Positions 1-10,939 are shown, counted from the stretch's first letter. The stretch is DNA of 64,000 nt from Deltaproteobacteria bacterium TL4 (GCA_051382335.1 JBBCAX010000096.1:1-64000); one strand, 5' to 3'. Notes: a model not told the origin generated them from the letters alone. Program-made: numbers and translations.

Positions 1-632
1 GTTTTAAGCAAATTGACGCAGCAATCGAATCCCTTTCTGACAGAGCAAAAAAGCATGTTAACAAAGCCAGAAAACTCATTGATAAAATGGTGGGAACTCT
101 GGCTTTCTTTTTCCTGACCATTCAACAGATGGTATCGGATACCCATGCATCAGAAGAAATGAAGTGGGAACTGCTCAACCTCTGGATTCCTGCCTTGTAT
201 TTTAAAAGAATTGCCCCCTTACAAAAAGAGACTGAACAAAGGGAGTCTCTCATCAAAAAAGCAGAAGCACTACTGGAAAAATTATATCGCCGAGATGGAC
301 CATTGTCTCAATTCACAAAAGAGCAGTTTCAAGAACTTTACAAAACGGCAAAGGATTGTGCTTATTTGTTTCAACGCTCATCCTCTTGTGTCGAAGGACG
401 AAATGCGCAGTTGGCTCTCAGACACCATACAGAACACCGTTTGAATAATCGCAGTATTCCAGCGCTAACCGCTGTGCACAATTTCCATATTACACGAAAC
501 GATCAAACAACAGCAGCTCAACGATTCTTCGAAAGTGAGCACAGAAATCTGTTTAACGAACTTTTAAATCGCATGGATTTACCTCTGAGACCCAGAGTCA
601 GAGAAAATTATGCTGTGGCATGGGCAAGCTAG
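1..632 (+). CDS. Putative transposase (DUF6399-like), C-terminal part; 5' end lies outside the window
   Basis: The frame of ORF 87..632 is open back to the window edge (FKQIDAAIESLS...). It has the motif FQRSSSCVEGRN...HNF...DQTTAAQRFF, shared with the remnant at 50617-51000, and is followed by a TIR-like end at 645-667. Confidence 0.7.
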   Translation, partial: FKQIDAAIESLSDRAKKHVNKARKLIDKMVGTLAFFFLTIQQMVSDTHASEEMKWELLNLWIPALYFKRIAPLQKETEQRESLIKKAEALLEKLYRRDGPLSQFTKEQFQELYKTAKDCAYLFQRSSSCVEGRNAQLALRHHTEHRLNNRSIPALTAVHNFHITRNDQTTAAQRFFESEHRNLFNELLNRMDLPLRPRVRENYAVAWAS

Positions 633-644
633 ATTCTAAGGGGG

Positions 645-667
645 TGGCCGAACTTACGACCAAGCCC
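645..667. repeat. Right terminal inverted repeat of the DUF6399-like element
   Basis: Reverse complement is GGGCTTGGTCGTAAGTTCGGCCA, 19/23 identical to the MITE TIR at 27461-27483. The hsdS-like reading frame is broken here. Confidence 0.65.
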
Positions 668-1250
668 TACTATATCAATTGAACCCATTGATATATTAGT
701 TATTTTAATAATCCCATTATTACCAGTTTCTTTGAAATATGGACTTTTAAAAGCATATCCACTTTAATATATTCTGATAATGTTCCATTCCATTGTGCCT
801 CTTCCACAAACCACTGCCTAAAAAGCGTTTCCGCCATAGCTTCCAGCGTTTTGTTCTGTCTGTGGAGCAGATCGATCTTGTCGTCGAGGCTGGAAAGCAC
901 GGAGGCAATGGCTCGCTGTTCGGGGAGCGGGGGGAGAAAAATAGGAAATCGAGGCATATCAATAAGGGGAATTCTATCTACTGTCGTGCCAAAGACAGTT
1001 CTTTCCCTAATAATTGTTTGAAATTGTGGCACAAGATAATAATACAATAGAAATTTAGGTTCAACATGATCAAACTTTATGCGAAGTAATCCCATTCGCC
1101 TTCCTAGACAACAACGAAATCCTTTTGGTACAATTGAAGCCTCTCCAAGTCTTGTTTCATAAGAAAATAGAATATCATTTTCTTTAGGTTCACGCGTCGT
1201 GTCCATTTTTTATAGTCATCCTCAGAAAGATATTCAAACGATGAGGTATC
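668..1250 (-). pseudogene. hsdS: hsdS remnant: TRD1 nearly identical to intact hsdS, followed by the start of a different TRD2; frameshifted and interrupted by the IS
   Basis: About 800-1250 nearly duplicates about 10360-10810, with a 1-bp deletion near 1191. After LFRQWFVEEA it reads QWNGTLSEYIKV, then (other frame) GYAFKSPYFKETGNNGIIKITNISMGSID. Confidence 0.85.
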
Positions 1251-1952
1251 TTGCTCGTTATATTTTTTAATATCCAAGGCCAATGGCGGGGAGAGGGTTT
1301 TGGTCAAGAGCCTCACCTTGACGCCTGGTTTTCTTTTGGAAAGATGGAGCAAGACGGTATCATCAAGGTAGTTATCAATCAGCAGGATGGATTTTTCAGC
1401 GGAGCGGATGAGGTCAGACACAAACTGGTAGGCATCGAAGACCTGTCCCTCATAAAAGATGCCTTGTTTGGGTTGGACGCTTTTATGTTCCAGAGCGGAC
1501 AAAATCTGATCAATTTTTTGATCCGTTTGAATCTGCTTGATTTCCAGAGTGTCCAACCGTTGAAATACCTGGGCGTTAGCAAGCAGGAACTTTCTCATAG
1601 CTACAAAAGCGTTCATGATCTGAACGCTCACCTTAACGGCAGTTTCACTACGTAACACAGCAGAAAGCATGGCAACGCCTTGTTCGGTGAAGGTATAGGG
1701 CAAAGAGGTGGAGTGCTTTAGATTGGCGAACCGGTCACAATTTGTGACCAGTTCAATCGTTTCAAGATGAGTGAGTTGAAACCGGAATTGTTCAGGGAAA
1801 CGTGCGATGTTTCTTTTCACAGCTTGATTCAATCCTTTAGTTTCCACGTTGTATAGTTGAGCTAAATCACGGTCTATCATGACGTGTGTTCTACGAATCA
1901 TGAAAATATAGCTTTCGACAGGCATGAGTTCTGGTTTAACTATTGTGTTCAT
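1251..1952 (-). pseudogene. ORF6N-domain DNA-binding protein, 3'-truncated and fused into the hsdS remnant
   Basis: Motifs IRRTHVMIDRDLAQLYNVETKGLNQAVKRNIARFP and PYTFTEQGVAMLSAVLRS. The C-terminal part matches ORF 10936..11820 up to YNEQ, then jumps into hsdS sequence. Confidence 0.8.
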
Positions 1953-2090
1953 AATTTTATCCTCGCCAGGTTTTCAGCAATGGCCTGATTCAGAGCCGCT
2001 TCTTCTTTTAACTGCGCCTCAAACTCCGCTTTGAGTCCGGTAAACCGTTCCTTGAAATTAAAATCATCCTCATCATCGGGCAGCCCCACA
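1949..2090 (-). pseudogene. hsdM: Duplicated 3' end (~140 bp) of hsdM
   Basis: Near-identical to 3897-4038 ([45 protein letters not shown]). Its TGA overlaps the ATG of the ORF6N gene. Confidence 0.9.
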
Positions 2091-2170
2091 TTGGAATCAG
2101 GGGCATCCTTAAATCCTATGAATCAGGGTTCAGAAGGTTGAGAGGGAATTTCATTTCCACGCTCTCCAAC

Positions 2171-2534
2171 TTGAGGTCGCAATTTGCGACTTCAAGATTT
2201 TTTTATCGTTTGAGGTCACAATTTGTGACCTCAAGTTAGGCTGATCGTTTAAGGTCGCAATTTGCGACCTTAAAGAATCTGTCTTTGAGGTGCCAATTGG
2301 GTACTTCAAGTTCTGCTCTTCGTTTAAGGTGCCAATTGGGTTACTGGCCTAAGACGGGACAGACAGCATTTCAGTAGGTTGGGTAGAGCGGTAGCGAAAC
2401 CCAACATCCAGGCAGTAATATCCGTTTTTCGTTGGGTTTCGCTACGCTCTACCCAACCTACGTTTTTGTCCCACTTTAGACCGGTAGCCCCTTAAAGCTT
2501 CTTCTTTTTCTAAGGTCACAAATTGTGACCTTAG
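2171..2534 (-). repeat. Tandem array of six 25-bp palindromes, TT(G/A)AGGT..CAA.T.G..AC(C/T)T(C/T)AA, encoding ORF6N-type L[RK]SQ[IF][VA]T[SL] peptides
   Basis: Units start at 2171, 2210, 2249, 2285, 2324 (interrupted) and 2510, with periods of 39/39/36/39 bp. The minus strand is open: PIGTLNEEQNLKYPIGTSKTDSLRSQIATLNDQPNLRSQIVTSNDKKILKSQIATSS. Confidence 0.85.
2338..2490. mobile_element. MITE-like element with 24-bp TIRs enclosing a GTAG-type REP doublet (2374-2461)
   Basis: TIRs GGGTTACTGGCCTAAGACGGGACA and TGTCCCACTTTAGACCGGTAGCCC. Inner doublet GTAGGTTGGGTAGAGCGGTAGCGAAACCCAAC ... GTTGGGTTTCGCTACGCTCTACCCAACCTAC. Confidence 0.7.
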
Positions 2535-2559
2535 ACGATCAAATTCGTCATCCCAATCC

Positions 2560-2815
2560 GAGCGTCAAGCCGTTGAAAAATCTCGGCGTTGGAAGCAAGA
2601 AAACGGCGCATGGCCACAAAAGCACGCATGATCTGTATATTGACTTCAATCGCTCTTTCACTCGTAAGGACGGTGGAAATAGTGGCCACACCTTGTTCTG
2701 TAAAGACATACGGTAACGATCCTCCCAAATGCTGTCTGGAAGGTATCGCATTTTGCGAGACCATAAGGCCAACTTCTGCCTCTGTGAGTTGAAACATAAA
2801 ATCAGTTGGCATCAT
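2560..2815 (-). pseudogene. Internal fragment of an ORF6N-domain gene
   Basis: About 2562-2803 is nearly identical to about 11417-11658 (FMFQLTEAEVGLMVSQNAIP...FQRLDA). Both termini are missing. Confidence 0.85.
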
Positions 2816-2826
2816 CTAAGCATCCT

Positions 2827-3900
2827 TTAAGCCTCATCTTCACCCTCATTCTTTTGATGCTCCAGTCGTGCTTTGGCTTCAATCATTGCCTTATGTAACT
2901 TGGCTTGTAAAATGGCTTTTGGGGGTAATTGCAGCCAGTATTCCGCAATGTGGATATGGTCATGCTCCAAATCCAACAGTTCTATGACTTCAGTGTCTTT
3001 ACCGCCGCACAAAATAATGGCGATAGGTGAATTTTCATCGGGTTGTTGTTCGTATTTGGCGAGCCACTTGAGATAAAGCTCTACTTGTCCTTTGTACTCC
3101 GCTTTGAATTCACCCAGTTTAAGTTCAATCAGCACCAGACGTTTGAGTTTGCGGTGGTAAAATAGCAAGTCGATGTAGTAGTCATGGCTGCCAATCTGAA
3201 TACGTCGTTGACGGCTCAGAAAGGCAAAATCACTGCCCAGTTCGAGGATAAAACGCTCCAGTTCGGACAAAATAGCGTCTTCCAAGTCCTTTTCTGTGAA
3301 ATTATCTTTCAGGTCGAGGAAATCCAGGAGGTAGGGGTCTTTCAGGAACAACTGGGAGGTAACCGGTTTTTGTTGCTGTAAAAGAGCCAACTCCTGTTGA
3401 ATGAGGGCATCGGGTTGTTTTGAAATCGCTGTACGCTCGTACAACATGTTGTCCATGCGCTCCCTCAACAGACGTACTGACCAACGAGCATTGGCACACA
3501 TGCTGATATAAAATTCCCGCTTCACGTCATCTTCAATTTTAATGATCTCAACAAAGTGCGACCAACTTAATTGTTGTGACAGTGTCACAACAATCTCACG
3601 ATTAGGGAAATAGTCGTAAAATTTAGCCATTCGGGTCAAACTGGAATGACTAAACCCATTACCGTATTCATGGATAAGACGCTCAGCAAGCCGCTTGAGA
3701 ACAGACGCTCCATACTGAGCCCGATCCGTCTGTAAGACTTCTATTTTAATCATTTTCCCAATTTGCCAATAGGTCAGTACCAAGGCTTGATTGACCTGTG
3801 TAACGACATGGGCTTTGGCTTGTTCAATCAGTTGTTTGATGTCTTGATACAACGTGTCGATGGTTGCCGTTGTGAGAGGTTGTTGATCTAGCTGCTTCAT
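2827..3900 (-). CDS. YhcG/DUF1016-family PD-(D/E)XK nuclease-domain protein
   Basis: Motifs [44 protein letters not shown]...IELK. Confidence 0.9.
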   Translation of the reverse strand: MKQLDQQPLTTATIDTLYQDIKQLIEQAKAHVVTQVNQALVLTYWQIGKMIKIEVLQTDRAQYGASVLKRLAERLIHEYGNGFSHSSLTRMAKFYDYFPNREIVVTLSQQLSWSHFVEIIKIEDDVKREFYISMCANARWSVRLLRERMDNMLYERTAISKQPDALIQQELALLQQQKPVTSQLFLKDPYLLDFLDLKDNFTEKDLEDAILSELERFILELGSDFAFLSRQRRIQIGSHDYYIDLLFYHRKLKRLVLIELKLGEFKAEYKGQVELYLKWLAKYEQQPDENSPIAIILCGGKDTEVIELLDLEHDHIHIAEYWLQLPPKAILQAKLHKAMIEAKARLEHQKNEGEDEA

Positions 3901-5441
3901 AATTTTATCCTCGCCAGGTTTTCAGCAATAGCCTGATTCAGAGCCGCTTCTTCTTTTAATTGCGCCTCAAACTCCGCTTTCAAGCCGGTAAACCGTTCCT
4001 TGAAATTAAAATCATCCTCATCATCAGGAAGCCCCACATAACGTCCTGGGGTGAGCACATAATCCAACTCTTTGACCCGTTCGAGGCTGGCAGAATTACA
4101 GAATCCTTTGATGTCTTCGTACTTGCCATTGACCTTGCGCCATTCGTGATAGGTGTTGGTGACTTTATGGATGTCTTCTTCTGAAAGTTCCTTGGTTCGG
4201 CGGTTGATCAGATAGCCTTCGTTGCGGGCGTCGATAAATAAAATTTCATCAGTCCGGTTGCGGTAGCCGCCGTTGGCTTTATTACGGGAAAGAAACCAGA
4301 GACAGGCAGGAATCTGAGTGTTCAAAAACAACTTGGCAGGAAGGTTGACGATGCAGTCAACGAGATGCGCTTCAATCAGAGCCTTGCGGATCTCGCCTTC
4401 GCCAGAACTTTTGGAAGTGAGTGATCCCTTCGCCAGAACAAAGCCAGCGATCCCGGAGGGACTCAAGTGATAGAGAAAGTGCTGAATCCAGGCATAGTTG
4501 GCGTTTCCTGACGGAGGCGTTCCGTATTTCCATCGTCCATCTTTGCGCAAGAGGTCTCCTGACCAATCGCTGTCGTTAAAAGGAGGATTGGCAATGACAA
4601 AATCAGCTTTCAGGTCTTTATGACTATCATTGAGAAACGAGCCTTCGTTGTTCCATTTTACCTGTGAGCTGTCGATGCCACGAATGGCAAGGTTCATCTT
4701 TGCCAGTCTCCAGGTAGTCTGGTTGCTTTCCTGTCCGTAAATGGAGATGTCGTTCACTTTTCCCTGATGTGCTACCACAAACTTTTCCGATTGCACAAAC
4801 ATCCCGCCGGAACCACAGCAAGGGTCAAAAACACGTCCCTTATAGGGTTCCAGCATTTTAACCAGAAGTTCCACAATACTTCGTGGGGTGTAGAATTGTC
4901 CGCCCTGTTTTCCTTCAGCCAAGGCAAATTCACCCAGGAAATATTCAAATACATGCCCCAGCACATCGGCGCTTCGGGCTTTGACGTCACCCAGGGCGAT
5001 ATTGCTTACAAGATCAATCAGTCCGCCCAAACTGGTCGGGTCAAGATTGCCACGGGCAAATACTTTGGGGAGTACCTCTTTCAGAGAGGGGTTGTCTTTC
5101 TCGATGGCATCCATCGCCTGATCAACCTCTTTCCCGATGGTAGTTTGTTTGGCTTTGGCTTGCAGATAAGACCAGCGGGCAATTTCAGGCACGAAAAAAA
5201 CATTTTCCGCCTTGTACTCATCCTTGTCTTCCGGATCGGCTCCGGCATACTCGCCTATTCCGCTTTTCAGTTTTGAATGCAGTTCTTCAAACGAATCTGA
5301 AATGTATTTGAGAAAGATCAGACCAAGGACAATATGTTTGTACTCAGCGGCATCAATGTTTTTTCTAAGCTTGTCTGCCGCTTTCCAAAGCTGTTTTTCA
5401 ATCGCTTCTTCTTTGATACTGTTGTTATTTATTTTAGCCAT
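3897..5441 (-). CDS. hsdM: Type I restriction-modification methyltransferase subunit M
   Basis: Motifs [23 protein letters not shown] (SAM binding), ANPPFN (catalytic), LTPGRYVG; 514 aa. Confidence 0.97.
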   Translation of the reverse strand: MAKINNNSIKEEAIEKQLWKAADKLRKNIDAAEYKHIVLGLIFLKYISDSFEELHSKLKSGIGEYAGADPEDKDEYKAENVFFVPEIARWSYLQAKAKQTTIGKEVDQAMDAIEKDNPSLKEVLPKVFARGNLDPTSLGGLIDLVSNIALGDVKARSADVLGHVFEYFLGEFALAEGKQGGQFYTPRSIVELLVKMLEPYKGRVFDPCCGSGGMFVQSEKFVVAHQGKVNDISIYGQESNQTTWRLAKMNLAIRGIDSSQVKWNNEGSFLNDSHKDLKADFVIANPPFNDSDWSGDLLRKDGRWKYGTPPSGNANYAWIQHFLYHLSPSGIAGFVLAKGSLTSKSSGEGEIRKALIEAHLVDCIVNLPAKLFLNTQIPACLWFLSRNKANGGYRNRTDEILFIDARNEGYLINRRTKELSEEDIHKVTNTYHEWRKVNGKYEDIKGFCNSASLERVKELDYVLTPGRYVGLPDDEDDFNFKERFTGLKAEFEAQLKEEAALNQAIAENLARIKL

Positions 5442-5522
5442 TATTCATCTCCAGTTAAGGCTTTTCTTTGATTGCATTAGGCAGGACACCGAGTGTTCTT
5501 GAGGTTCGTTCGATTATAACAT
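5437..5522 (-). promoter_or_regulatory. hsdM leader with an extended -10-like TGTTATAAT and a GGAG RBS; duplicated at 13813-13898
   Basis: An ~86-bp near-identical direct repeat precedes both hsdM starts. TATAAT is at 5513-5518 and 13889-13894 on the minus strand. Confidence 0.55.
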
Positions 5523-5566
5523 ATTTTGTTGGCACTGGTTCCGGCTTACAACCCCTTTCAGTCAAA

Positions 5567-8500
5567 CTAACCCATCCTGGACAGTTCTTCGGCTATCAAT
5601 TCGGCTTGTTTTAATACAGTTTCTGTTGCCAGCCTCTGCATATCGGGCGGATAGCCGTATTGACGCAAAATTCGTTTTACTATGACTTTCAATTTTGCTT
5701 TTACGCTTTCCTTGATGGTCCAGTCAATCGAGGCGTTTTCCCTAACTTTTTCATAGAGAACCACCGCTAGTTCACGGAGTTTACCCTGTTCCATGACTTG
5801 CTTGGCGCTGTCATTGCTGGCGATAGCCGTGTAGAAAAGGCATATTCATAAGCGGATAACCCCATTTCCTGGGGTTCCTGATCCATTTCCCGAATTTCTT
5901 TGGAAAGCTTGATGAGTTCTTCAATCACTTCGGCTGCGGTGAGAATCTTGTTGTGATACTTCTTGATGGAGTTTTCCAGCATTTCCATCAAGGTTTTACT
6001 TTGAATCAGATTCTTTTTGGAACGGGACTTAATTTCATCATTGAGAAGTTTTTTTAAGACTTCCAGCGCAATGTTCTTATGCTCCATATTCTTGACTTCC
6101 AGAAGAAAGTCTTCCGAAATAATTGAAATATCTGGTTTTCTGATCCCTGCCGCATCAAAAATATCAATCACCTTTTCAGTAACCAGGGATTTGTCGATTA
6201 CCTGACGGATAGCCGTTTCAATCGCTTCATGGTTCTTTCCAGAGCCCGTAGTGTCAAATTTGAGGAGTCTTGATTTCACGGTCTGGAAAAAGGCAACTTC
6301 ATCTTTTACATCCATTGCCTGGTCGTGAGGAATCGCTATGGAAAAGGCTTGGGAAAGCGCCGTGACCTCATCAATGAAACGTTTCTTGCCATGATCCAGA
6401 CCAAGGATGTGTTCTTCGGCAGAAAGGATGAGGGCTAGTTTCCGCCCTGTATCCGCTTCAAAGTAAGGTTCATAGGCAAAACCGTGAAACATTTGGGAAA
6501 CCACCTCCAATTTTTCCAGCATAAGCTGTACAGCCTGCTCCTGAGCAACCGCAGGGTCGCCTTTGCCTCCAGAATCAGAATAAAAGGAAAGAGCCTTTTT
6601 CAGGTCAGAGGCGATGCCCAGATAATCAACAACCAATCCTCCGGTTTTGTCTTTATAGACACGATTCACACGGGCGATTGCCTGCATCAGGTTGTGACCT
6701 TTCATCGGCTTGTCAATGTAGAGCGTGTGCAGGGCAGGAACATCAAAACCGGTAAGCCACATATCCCGGACAATCACCAATTTCAGTTCATCTTCAGGAT
6801 CTTTCATTCTCTCGGCAAGGGAACGGCGCTGTTCCTTGGTGGTGTAGTGTTTCGCGATTTCGGGACCATCGGCGGAGTCCGAAGTCATGACTACTTTGAT
6901 GACGCCTTTTTTTAAGTCATCATGATGCCATTCCGGTTTCAACTCAATGATCGCCTTATATAATTCAGAGGCAATGCGACGGGACATGGTAACAATCATG
7001 CCCTTTCCATCCATGACTTCCTGACGTTGCTCAAAGTGGGCAATGATATCCTCGGCTACCTGTTTGATCCGGTCGGCACTACCGATGAGCGCTTCAAGCT
7101 GGGTCCACTTGACCTTCACTTTTTGAGTATCAGAAAAGTCATCCCGCACCAGATCCTCATCAAGGTCTTTTACCAGTTTCTTTCCTTCCTCCGATAAGGT
7201 GATTTTTGCCAGACGGCTTTCATAGAAAATCCGAACCGTTGCGCCGTCGAGAACCGCCTGTGAAATATCGTAAATATCCACATAGTTCCCGAACACTGCC
7301 GGGGTGTTGACATCGGTGCTTTCTATCGGGGTTCCGGTAAATCCCAGATAAGTCGCATTGGGTAGGGCATCGCGCATATATTTGGCAAAGCCATAGACGA
7401 TTTTTTTACCCACAATATTTCCGTCCTTGTCTTTATCATCAAGGGTTTTTGCCTTAAAGCCATACTGGGTACGGTGCGCTTCATCGGCAATGACGATGAT
7501 GTTCTTCCGGTCAGAAAGTTTCTCGTAGACATTCCCTTCTTCGGGTTGAAATTTTTGAATGGTCGTGAACACAACGCCGCCGGAAGCGACTTTCAGCAGG
7601 TCTTTCAACTGATCCCGGTTTTCGGCTTGTACCGGCTCCTGACGAAGGAGCTGTTTGGAAGCGGCAAAGGTATCGAAAAGCTGGTCATCCAAATCATTGC
7701 GATCCGTGATGACCAGAACCGTAGGATTATCCATAGCCAGAACTATTTTCCCCGCGTAAAAAACCATAGAGAGGGATTTCCCCGAACCTTGGGTATGCCA
7801 GACCACACCCCCTTTTCTATCTCCGACAGGCTGTGATTTGACGCCGGGGACTCCGTAACTTTCAGGAGATTCATAAATCATCATCATACCAGCCGGGAGA
7901 TCTTCCTTTTTGAGATAGCCGGATGCGCGCAGCGTGGATTCCACCGCCCGATTAACAGCGTAATATTGGTGATAGCCTGCCAGTTTCTTGACCGTTTGAA
8001 GTGTGATGATGCCCGTTTCTTTGTCTTCTTTTTTCGATTTTTCAAAGACGATGAAATGACGAATAAGATCCAGGAGCGTCCTTTTGTCCAGCATCCCTTT
8101 AATGAGTGTTTCCAACTGCCCGATCAGGGGAGAGGCTTCCGTCTTTCCATCAGAGCTTTTCCATGCCATAAAGCGGCTGAATCCGGCAGAAATGGAGCCG
8201 GCTTTTGCCTCAAGTCCATCAGAAATAATCAAAAATCCGTTGTAAGCAAACAGAGAGGGGATTGCCCGTTGGTAGGTTTGCAACTGCTTGAAGGCGGAAT
8301 GGATCGTGGTGTTTTCATCTGCCGCGTTTTTGAGTTCGATAACCACAAGAGGGAGGCCGTTTACAAAGAGAATGACATCAGGACGTTTGTTGACATGATT
8401 TTCAATAACGGTGAACTGATTGAGAACGACAAAATCATTATTTTCCGGGTCGTTAAAATCGATCAGCCAGACCAAATCTCCCCGACTGTTGCCCTCTTTT

Positions 8501-8802
8501 TGAAAGGTAACATTGATGCCTTCGGTCAGCATCCGATGAAAGGTTTCGTTGTTGGCAATGAATTCCGGTGAATTCAGTCTTTGAATTTGCTTGATGGCAT
8601 CCTCTCTGGAGTCTGCCGGAACAGAAGGGTTGATCCGGGAAACGGCATTTTTCAGTTTGTCCATCAGAAGAACCTCTTCAAAGGAGGTACGCTCCCGCAT
8701 GTCGCTATCGGGTGCGATGTCGGGACCGTAAAGATACAGGTAGCCTTGCTTTTCCAGAAGTTCGATGGCGAAGGTTTCGATGGAGGATTCGGTAAGTTTC
8801 AT
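5567..8802 (-). CDS. hsdR: Type I restriction endonuclease subunit R, frameshifted near its 3' end (~5835)
   Basis: Motifs RPDVILFVNGLPLVVIELK, WHTQGSGKS, DEAHR, FTGTP, DMWLTGFD, QAIARVNR. ORF 5767..8802 leaves frame at YEYAF, and the natural C-terminus (..IDWTIKESVKAKLK..YGYPPD) is in ORF 5567..5794. Confidence 0.92.
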
Positions 8803-9824
8803 CAGGGATGCTCTCGTTTCTCAAGTTGGTTGAGCTCCTTTTCCAATTCGGCCTTCAACTCCGCTTCACTGGGCAGGTACAGCTTATACTTGGAGGCGAA
8901 CAAGGTTTGATTGTTAATACGGGAATATTTCACTACCGCATCATTTTTATCACTGCACAGCACAATTCCCACAGTAGGGTTATCGTCCTCACTCTTTTGT
9001 GTCTCATCAAACAATCGCACATACATGTCCATTTGCCCCACATCCTGATGGGTCAGTTTGCCGGTTTTCAGATCAATCAATACAAAGCATTTGAGGAGAT
9101 AGTTATAAAAGACCAAATCCACATAAAAATGGTCGTCTTCCATCGTGATACGCTTTTGTCTGGCGACAAAGGCAAATCCCCGTCCAAGCTCCAGCAAAAA
9201 CTTTTGAATCTCATCGATTAACGCCTGTTCCAGATCGCTTTCATAGAGTCTGTCGTTTGGTCTGAGATTCAAAAATTCCAGCACATAGGGGTCTTTCACA
9301 AACTCTTGAGGCGTGTACTTTAGTTCCGTGGTGTTTTTATTGGCTTCCTCTTTCACTGCGGCGATGTCTTGGGAAAGCCGTAACCTCTCGTAATAATGCG
9401 AGTTGATTTGCCGCTCTAAGGCCCTCACGCTCCAATTGGATTTGACACATTCCTGAATATACCACTTTCTGGCGTTTGGGTTTTCCACCTTGAGAATCAG
9501 CAGGTAGTGGCTCCAGCTTAATTTGGCAGACAGTGTCTGCCAAATTGGAAAGCTGAGATAAAACCCTCGCATACTACGCAAATTTCGTTCACTAAAGCCT
9601 TTACCAAATTCTTTGCTCAGCCGAACACTCAGTCCTTGAATCAACCCCTCTCCATATTGAGCGCGCTCTTGGCCTTGCTGTTCCTCTTCCACAATCAACC
9701 GTCCGATATTCCAATAGGCTTCCACCATCGTGGAATTCACGCTTTGTTGTGCTTGGTAACGTGCCTTTTCAAGGGTTGTCTTAATTGATTCAAATAACAG
9801 GGAGTTTCCAGAAATCGCACTCAT
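8802..9824 (-). CDS. YhcG/DUF1016-family PD-(D/E)XK nuclease-domain protein
   Basis: Motifs YWNIG, LSWSHY, KDPYVLEFL, FLLELGRGFAFVARQ, DLVFYN...IDLK. Confidence 0.9.
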   Translation of the reverse strand: MSAISGNSLLFESIKTTLEKARYQAQQSVNSTMVEAYWNIGRLIVEEEQQGQERAQYGEGLIQGLSVRLSKEFGKGFSERNLRSMRGFYLSFPIWQTLSAKLSWSHYLLILKVENPNARKWYIQECVKSNWSVRALERQINSHYYERLRLSQDIAAVKEEANKNTTELKYTPQEFVKDPYVLEFLNLRPNDRLYESDLEQALIDEIQKFLLELGRGFAFVARQKRITMEDDHFYVDLVFYNYLLKCFVLIDLKTGKLTHQDVGQMDMYVRLFDETQKSEDDNPTVGIVLCSDKNDAVVKYSRINNQTLFASKYKLYLPSEAELKAELEKELNQLEKREHP

Positions 9825-10939
9825 ACCGCCACCCTCACTTCTCCACTCATCAGCTTGGGCAGGAGGGTGTCTCGGAGAGTTTCGAGGGTGCGGATTTGCT
9901 GTGAGTTTGCATATCGCTTTTTCTCGGCTGGTGCTACTGCTTCGGTAAATTTGTCAATCCGCCCTCTATCTGGGAATATAAATTCCGCATCATATAAACC
10001 ATCAATCGTTATTTGTGGCTGAGCCGACCCAGAAACATGGAGATTGAAATCATAAAAAGATGCCCAGTATTTCAAATACTCAAAGCTAATTTCCGGTCTT
10101 TTATTTCTCTCCAAGACCAACGAGTTATTTGTGACGAAGGACTTAGGAAAACTAATATTTACTTTCCCTGACGCTTCACCACGACATGATACCAACACCT
10201 GCGGCGCTTCGTATGTATACCGCTCATAAAACCCAATCTGACCATTCGCCCCGAAAACGGGGAACCCTTCATTTAGCAAAATCTTAGTCGGAAGATTTTT
10301 CCCATAGCTGATAGTCACGCAATCTCCCAGCTTTTCTATTTTCCTTCCCTCCTCCGCCTCTTCCACAAACCACTGCCTGAAAAGCGTTTCAGCCATCGCT
10401 TCCAGCGTTTTGTTCTGGCGGTGCAGCAGGTCGATCTTGTCGTCGAGGCTGGAAAGCACGGAGGCAATGGCGCGCTGTTCGGGGAGCGGGGGGAGAAAAA
10501 TAGGAAATCGAGGCATATCAATAAGGGGAATTCTATCTACTGTCGTGCCAAAGACAGTTCTTTCCCTAATAATTGTTTGAAATTGTGGCCCAAGATAATA
10601 ATACAATAGAAATTTAGGTTCAACATGATCAAACTTTATGCGAAGTAATCCCATTCGCCTTCCTAGACAACAACGAAATCCTTTTGGTACAATTGAAGCC
10701 TCTCCAAGTCTTGTTTCATAAGAAAATAGAATATCATTTTCTTTAGGTTCCACGCGTCGTGTCCATTTTTTATAGTCATCCTCAGAAAGATATTCAAACG
10801 ATGAGGTATCAATTTTTCCTTTGGTTAGGTTGGAAATACTGAGAAAAATTACACCTCTTGTTGTTTTAGCAGGTGTCGCATGAGGTCCATCAAATATCTC
10901 CGCCACATCCCCCAGTTTGCATTCCTTCCACTCGTTCAT
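9821..10939 (-). CDS. hsdS: Type I restriction-modification specificity subunit S
   Basis: Probable start MNEWKECKLGDV (ATGA overlap with the upstream gene). Central conserved region PPLPEQRAIASVLSSLDDKIDLLHRQNKTLEAMAETLFRQWF; terminal LRDTLLPKLMSGEVRV. Confidence 0.95.
   Translation of the reverse strand: MNEWKECKLGDVAEIFDGPHATPAKTTRGVIFLSISNLTKGKIDTSSFEYLSEDDYKKWTRRVEPKENDILFSYETRLGEASIVPKGFRCCLGRRMGLLRIKFDHVEPKFLLYYYLGPQFQTIIRERTVFGTTVDRIPLIDMPRFPIFLPPLPEQRAIASVLSSLDDKIDLLHRQNKTLEAMAETLFRQWFVEEAEEGRKIEKLGDCVTISYGKNLPTKILLNEGFPVFGANGQIGFYERYTYEAPQVLVSCRGEASGKVNISFPKSFVTNNSLVLERNKRPEISFEYLKYWASFYDFNLHVSGSAQPQITIDGLYDAEFIFPDRGRIDKFTEAVAPAEKKRYANSQQIRTLETLRDTLLPKLMSGEVRVAV

Noticed and set aside
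2171..2340. CRISPR array
   Set aside because: The spacers are only 11-14 bp, the units vary, the periods are multiples of 3 in an open ORF6N-like frame, and no cas genes are present.
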